Source: Myxococcota bacterium
GTDB taxonomy: Bacteria; Myxococcota_A; UBA9160; PR03
NCBI GenBank assembly: GCA_041611735.1
Contig: JBFIML010000042.1
Coordinates: forward strand, 1-40,058
DNA: 40,058 nt
Direction of reading: 5' to 3'
Positions 37,827 to 40,058 of this stretch are shown piece after piece. The first letter of the stretch is position 1. Every line of letters starts with the position of its first letter. The notes below the pieces were generated by a model, which was not told the DNA's origin, did not search any database, and saw only the letters and a list, made by a program, of their open reading frames with translations. The translations under genes were made by a program, and so were the position numbers.

Positions 37827-38341
37827 GCCGGCTCCTCCGGCACCCAGCGCAGGCCGTCCCCGAGCGCGCTCGGCGCGCCGCACGCGGCACAGGGACCGTA
37901 CGAGAAGCACGCCAGCGCCTCGCTCTCGTGGAGCCACACGCCGCAGGCCGGGCAGCAGACGGCCGTGTCGCCCGCCACGATCGGCCGGGTGCAGCGCGGG
38001 CAGGGCGGGGCGTCGCCACGCGGGAAGGGCTCCATGCGCGCGGTGCGCTCTGCCGAAACCACGTAGCGGACACCGTCAGGTAGGTCGACCTCATCGCGGT
38101 CTGCCAGGGCGGCGATGCCCGTGGCGAGCGGGGCGCCATTCAGGCGCACGCCGCTGCCGGGTGCTGCCAGCAGGAACCAGCCGGCGCGGTCGCCCTCCCC
38201 CCGGGCGAGCAACGGCCCGGCCCGCGCCGTCCCGTCCGGCGGCTCGAGGCGCGCCCCGGCGCTCCCTGCCCGCAGGGCGTAGCGGCTTCCTGCCAGGCGC
38301 CGCGGCTCCCAGAACCCGTTCGAGCGTACGAAGCAGCGCAC
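37823..38341 (-). CDS. FHA-like domain plus prokaryotic RING-like zinc finger (putative E3)
   Basis: GTG at 38341 after GGAGGGAG. VRLNGAPL..GIAALADRDEV resembles an FHA C-terminal half. C4HC3 pattern CPRC...CPAC-x4-H-x6-C-x5-CAAC. Confidence 0.75.
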   Translation of the reverse strand: MRCFVRSNGFWEPRRLAGSRYALRAGSAGARLEPPDGTARAGPLLARGEGDRAGWFLLAAPGSGVRLNGAPLATGIAALADRDEVDLPDGVRYVVSAERTARMEPFPRGDAPPCPRCTRPIVAGDTAVCCPACGVWLHESEALACFSYGPCAACGAPSALGDGLRWVPEEPA

Positions 38342-38374
38342 CGGGCTCCCTCCCCACCCGCCGGCAGCCGACCG

Positions 38375-38516
38375 GCAGTTGCACCGCCACAATGCGTCAG
38401 ATATGTAGGTTGGAGTGCGCTGCGTCAAACACAGCGCCACAACGCAAACTGTGGCGAGAAAACTGTTTTCTCCGTCACAAAACGGCGTTTGAGGGACTGA
38501 CCGTTCGCGCCACAAT
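38375..38516. promoter_or_regulatory. Divergent promoter region with repeated or palindromic operator-like sites
   Basis: CGCCACAA at 38385, 38435 and 38508, with variant CGTCACAA at 38473. Palindromes CGCCACA-N8-TGTGGCG (38435-38456) and GAGAAAAC-T-GTTTTCTC (38456-38472). Weak sigma-54-like TGGC-N8-TGC on the minus strand at 38389-38375. Confidence 0.6.
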
Positions 38517-38577
38517 CTGGATCTTATGGCTGCCGACCGTGGCGCGTCCTGCGCCGGCCCGAGACCGGAGACCCCCC

Positions 38578-39666
38578 ATGAGCAAGAAGAGCTACGCCAA
38601 CCTCCCCGACGAGTTCGTGATCGCCGTGACCGAGGTGTTCCTGGACCCGAACCGGGCCCAGGACCGCCGCTACGCCGCCGACGAGACGGCGCGGATCGTG
38701 AACGAGCGCTGGAGGGCAGCCGGCATCGACTTCGAGATCACGCGCGAGGACGTCTACCCGATCGTGAGGGAGAGCCGGCGACGCGGCCACCTGATCTTCC
38801 GGCCTCCGGTCGAGACCTCTCTCTCGCGCCAGATCGCCGCTCGCTTCGGCGTTTCAGATCCCAGTCGTCTCCGCGTCGTGGCGTCGCGCAGTGGCGTCGA
38901 TCTGGTGGCGACGGCGACCGCCGTGCTGGCCGTGGAACGCATCCAGGAGCTCCACCGCCGCGGCCGCGAGAAGGTCCACGTCGGTCTGGGCGCCGGTTGG
39001 ACGACGATGCACGTGGCGCGGCAGCTGGCGCTGCAGCTCGTTGGCGTGAGCGATCTCCCGCGCCTGTGCTTCCACGCCCTCAGCTCGAGCTTCTACATCG
39101 ACCAGCCGCAGGTGGCCCCCGTGGCGTTCTTCGGCTTCTTCGACAAGATCGGCGTCGAGACCGAGTACGTGGGCCTCTCCTCCACGCCCATGGTCCGCTC
39201 GGAGGCCGAATACGCCGAGCTCAAGAAGCTCGCAGGTCTGCGGGAGGCCTTCGCAGCCGCCGGGGACATCGACATCGTGCTCACCAGCCTCGCTCCGGCG
39301 TCGGATCCCCACGGCAGCCTGAACCGCTTCCTGGATGACGGTGCGCGCTCGAGCCACGCGAGCTCGCTGGCGGTGCGCAAGCTGAAGCGGGCCGGCTGGA
39401 TTGGCGACCTGCTCTACCGCCCCTTCGGAAGGAACGGGCCCATCACGAACGACGTGGGCCTGCGCGCGGTCACCCTGTTCGAGCTGGAAGACCTCGCCAC
39501 GCTCGCGAGCGCAGACGACAAGTTCGTGATCGTGACCTCTGGCCCCTGCGGCCACTGCGGCCAGACCCGCAGCGCCGCCCTGCGCCCGGTGCTGGAGCAG
39601 GAGCGGCTCAAGGTCTGGACCGACGTGGTGACGGACCTGCCCACCGCCTCGGAGCTGATGCACTGA
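38578..39666 (+). CDS. SorC/DeoR-like transcriptional regulator (HTH plus sugar-binding domain)
   Basis: ATG at 38578 after GGAG. HTH-like ITREDVYPIVRESRRRG; LSRQIAARFGV; VGLGAGWTT; DIVLTS; GWIGDLLYRPFGRNG. Carries an atypical CGHC motif. Confidence 0.75.
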   Translation: MSKKSYANLPDEFVIAVTEVFLDPNRAQDRRYAADETARIVNERWRAAGIDFEITREDVYPIVRESRRRGHLIFRPPVETSLSRQIAARFGVSDPSRLRVVASRSGVDLVATATAVLAVERIQELHRRGREKVHVGLGAGWTTMHVARQLALQLVGVSDLPRLCFHALSSSFYIDQPQVAPVAFFGFFDKIGVETEYVGLSSTPMVRSEAEYAELKKLAGLREAFAAAGDIDIVLTSLAPASDPHGSLNRFLDDGARSSHASSLAVRKLKRAGWIGDLLYRPFGRNGPITNDVGLRAVTLFELEDLATLASADDKFVIVTSGPCGHCGQTRSAALRPVLEQERLKVWTDVVTDLPTASELMH

Positions 39667-39684
39667 GCCTCCCCGGCTCGCGCC

Positions 39685-40058
39685 TCAACCTGCGGCGTGC
39701 CCTGGCTCCGGGGTCGGATCGCTGGCCGGGAGGTTCACCGTCACGCGCGTCCCGTCTGGTCCGCTCTCCACGCGGATCTGGCCTTGGTGGCGGGTCACGA
39801 TCTGGCGCGTCACCGCCAGTCCCAGCCCCGTCCCCTCTCCGCTCTGCTTGGTGGTGAAGAAGGGTTCGAAGATGCGGAGCAGCAGCGACTCCGGGATGCC
39901 GCCTCCCGTGTCGGAGACGACGAGCTCCACCTGGCCCGCCCGCGCCGAGGCGGCGATCTCCACCCGGTGACCGGAGGGGTCTCCGGGCGGCACGGCCTGG
40001 ATGGCATTCAGCGCCACGTTCAGTACCACCTGCCCGAGCAGGTGCGCGTTGCCGTGGA
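39685..40058 (-). CDS. Histidine kinase, C-terminal HATPase domain (partial; runs off the window)
   Basis: LGQVVLNVALNAIQA, DTGGGI, IFEPFFTTK, GEGTGLGL. The frame is open to the window edge. Confidence 0.9.
   Translation of the reverse strand, partial: HGNAHLLGQVVLNVALNAIQAVPPGDPSGHRVEIAASARAGQVELVVSDTGGGIPESLLLRIFEPFFTTKQSGEGTGLGLAVTRQIVTRHQGQIRVESGPDGTRVTVNLPASDPTPEPGHAAG

Overview
A GC-rich bacterial window. Sigma-54 machinery, a glutathione-dependent FrmA and AddAB argue against Actinobacteria; the taxonomy is inference only. Positions 1-28.7 kb are mostly ordinary genes: Ca/Na antiporter, frmA, OsmC, two LLM oxidoreductases, a sensor-less sigma-54 activator, addB-addA, recQ, bfd with a Fur-like box, cyclase, hydrolase, VanZ, a betaine-type ABC transporter next to egtD, a cupin, a Ser/Thr kinase with zinc ribbons, GGCT, a crotonase, a MenA-like prenyltransferase, a DMT transporter and a His-less pseudo-histidine kinase. 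The standout is a tightly packed 10-gene minus-strand operon at 28814-38341. It joins an apparently complete ubiquitin-like cascade (FHA-like/RING E3, a circularly permuted E1, an HPN...C E2, an unknown protein, a Ubl ending in Gly, a JAB peptidase) to a pupylation module (ARC/Mpa AAA ATPase, Dop, a 65-aa Pup ending GGQ, PafA). No 20S proteasome genes are in the window, and the ATPase lacks the GQYL tail. A divergent SorC/DeoR-like regulator sits across an intergenic region rich in repeats and palindromes. All calls rest on motif reading by eye; no searches were run.
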